Assembly: GCA_002633005.1 (NCBI GenBank)
Contig: NMRA01000801.1
Location: 1 to 64,000 of the forward strand
Direction: 5' to 3'
Length of the DNA stretch: 64,000 nt
DNA from: Phoronis australis
Taxonomy: Eukaryota; Animalia; Phoronida
Made by a program: the position numbers and the translations under genes. The notes under the pieces were generated by a model that searched no databases, was not told where the DNA came from, and worked only from the letters and a program-made list of their open reading frames with translations. Positions 61,646 through 64,000 of this stretch are shown one piece after another (within the stretch, counting starts at the first letter, position 1; each line of letters opens with the position of its first letter).

Positions 61646-61986
61646 GACAACAAGAAATAAGCCTTTTGTCACTAGGTGGTGATAGAGTAGACACCATTAA
61701 GTGTCCTTGGATTGTGATTTATCGCGGTGCAATTTCCCAGCGTTTTTTGTTTGCGACCAGCATGCCGTCAAATTACTTCTACTGGGCTGTGCGGCATTAT
61801 AATGATTCACAGAAAGATGTCCCAACGAATGAAAAAGTATTAGAATGAAAGATATTACCGAGTCAACTCGACCCATCTTGCACAACAGAATTCAAATTTA
61901 TGTCGAGCAACCATCGCTATCAAAAACCGTGTGCTCGCAGTGCTACAGAGTAGTACTGTGGATGTTTGTGTCAAGTTTGTTCTAAC

Positions 61987-62112
61987 CTGTATCATATACT
62001 CTAGCTGGTAGAAACACAGCCCCAGCTCAGCCATGGTAGGCTTGAATAGCTCCCTCAGACGGTAGTCTTGCATCAGTTTCACCAGAACAGCAAACGCCTC
62101 TTCTTCAGGCAT
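61987..62112 (-). CDS. EVI5: EVI5 exon, TBC domain (MPEEEAFAVLVKLMQDYRLRELFKPTMAELGLCFYQLEYMIQ)
   Basis: Near-identical to EVI5 MPEEEAFCVFVKLMQDYRLRELFKPSMAELGLCMYQFECMIQ; tcacag / gttaga. Confidence 0.96.
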
Positions 62113-64000
62113 CTGTGAGACACACACACGGCAGATAATATTAACAAATATGATGTGAAATATGTTGAACCTTGCAAGTCAAACCAGTTTTACCCTAACA
62201 ACAACCTAGCCCCTGGACTTACATTTTTTATGTATAACTTTCTTGTCAATAGAGGTCATCACTGTATGCAGAAGATAAAACTGACAAAATTGCAGCAAAA
62301 ATGGCTCACCAACACTACGCTGATATGGACAGCATGTTGGGTATGACACACAGGAACATCAAGAAGGATTTACAATAATTTTGAAAACCAAGTGAAAGAA
62401 ATCACCGCATATAACATTCGTGTATTTAGGCATATGCGGCAATTTGTGAAGGTGTGCCTAATTAGGTGTAGGGACCTTAAAGTGAAATGCTTAAAACAGT
62501 GAAATTATGAGTGAAACTTGACTTATCCACCTAACACAAAGGTAAACCATGAAGTGTATTAAATATAGCAATAGTCTATACTGCTGCATTTGCCCGAATT
62601 AGTTGATTAAAAATGAATCAGGCCTTTTCCTCTAGTAAAGTCGGTCCCGTGTCATGGTAAGACTGATTTCAACAAGAATATTGAAACGACCAGCGACTCT
62701 AGAAAACAGTTCATTGGGGTTGGCCAACCTTATTGAGAATTAGAAAATAGTGGATGTTTCGTATTGCCTGAGACTTCTATTGGTAATGGGAATAGAACCT
62801 AATCACAATACAAACTATTATTAGAGTGACTTTAAGAGACCGAAAGGCCTAATTTGACTTTAAGCCAACAGAACATTCAAGGCAAAATTCTGCTGTAATT
62901 TTAATCCAAAAATTCAAGAATGGACAAAAACATAAATAACAGCCAGTTTAAAGCATGCAGTCTACAAAGGGGAGCCAGCCATCTGTGGGCTGACAACAGG
63001 CTGAAGCCTAGGAGCATGTGACCATACACTGGAGCAAACAATTATTGAACATAAACATTATTTCATATAAAGGTCTTCGGACCTAAATATGTACAATATG
63101 GCTAAAACAGACAACCCATTCCCTACTTAGCAGCCACTGTACTGGGTCACAGATTCATTTTTGAACTGAGAAACACAAACACCAATTTCTACACTCAAAA
63201 AGCAAACAGTTCATTGTGGTAGTTACAAATACTTTCATTTAATATGACATGTTGTCCACTGACTGCTTAACTGCCTCTAACAAGACTCACAAACATAGAG
63301 TGTGGTCAACATGATACATGATTTCAGTAAATTTAATGACTAATACAGTTTTGCTCGACTTAAGCTTAAGAAGTCAATGTCAGGAATTATAAATTAAATG
63401 AAAATTGATTTTCCAAGTCTGGCAGAGTGGACAGAACTCAACGTGGCTCGACAAAAATGCGCGTGTTCGAATGGCTCTAACCTTAAAAAAATCGACAGGT
63501 TGACCCTTTTGCCCTTGGCTAAATCACGCAAAACTAACGAAAAGCGAGACATTAATGTAACAGTTTGAAAAGACAGCATGCAGAATTTGCGAAACTTTCA
63601 AAAATCAACAATGAACTAAAAAATTGGAACATGCAAATGTAAAACGCCGGGTAGCACTGATTTCAAATAAGAAACAAAAGGTGAAAATCTACATTAGGTG
63701 GACTACATCGGAACTTTACGAAGCAACGAACGGTAACAACGAACCACACAAAATGAATAGTGCAATAAAGCTCAACCAGGATGTGGTTTTCCTTTTGCCC
63801 ATCTTGCAGAATCATTAATTTTATTTGTTCTAAATATACGTCATAACAAGTGCCATTATCCAATCATCCCCATCATGTTCTGTACTGTAACCCAAAGTAG
63901 ACACACATTATCATATTTTGTACTGTAACCCAGACAAAGTAGACACTCATTAGAGAAAAACTCTTCAACTTTCCAAACAAAATATGGATGTAATTCACAA

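Noticed and set aside
62113-64000. Upstream EVI5 exon carrying the catalytic GYCQG motif
   Set aside because: Not seen; the region looks like intron with unclassifiable repeat fragments

Overview
AT-rich eukaryotic (invertebrate-animal-like) genomic DNA with three assembly gaps; no prokaryotic features. It holds two convergent intron-rich genes, both with their 5' exons apparently outside the window: NOS1AP/CAPON on + (9 coding exons, 12517-36893; PTB domain plus coiled coil) and EVI5 on - (12 coding exons, 62112-41518; TBC Rab-GAP C-terminal part plus coiled coils). All modelled introns are GT-AG with consistent phases. The introns carry a 4.3-kb Gypsy (Mag-like) LTR retrotransposon with identical LTRs, three Kolobok-type relics (TTAA; THAP gene, convergent with a KolX/P2X7-ballast-like Cys-rich gene in two of them), hAT-like elements with 5-bp target duplications, a LINE fragment flanked by a 227-bp direct repeat, Helentron-type non-autonomous repeats, MITEs and many minisatellites. 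Most notable: a candidate 6-nt microexon inside the NOS1AP PTB domain, tandem duplications spanning six splice junctions, a fold-back Kolobok that copied its own flank, and an intact LTR element with no ATG before its conserved Gag start. All family assignments rest on motif recognition from memory, not on database searches.
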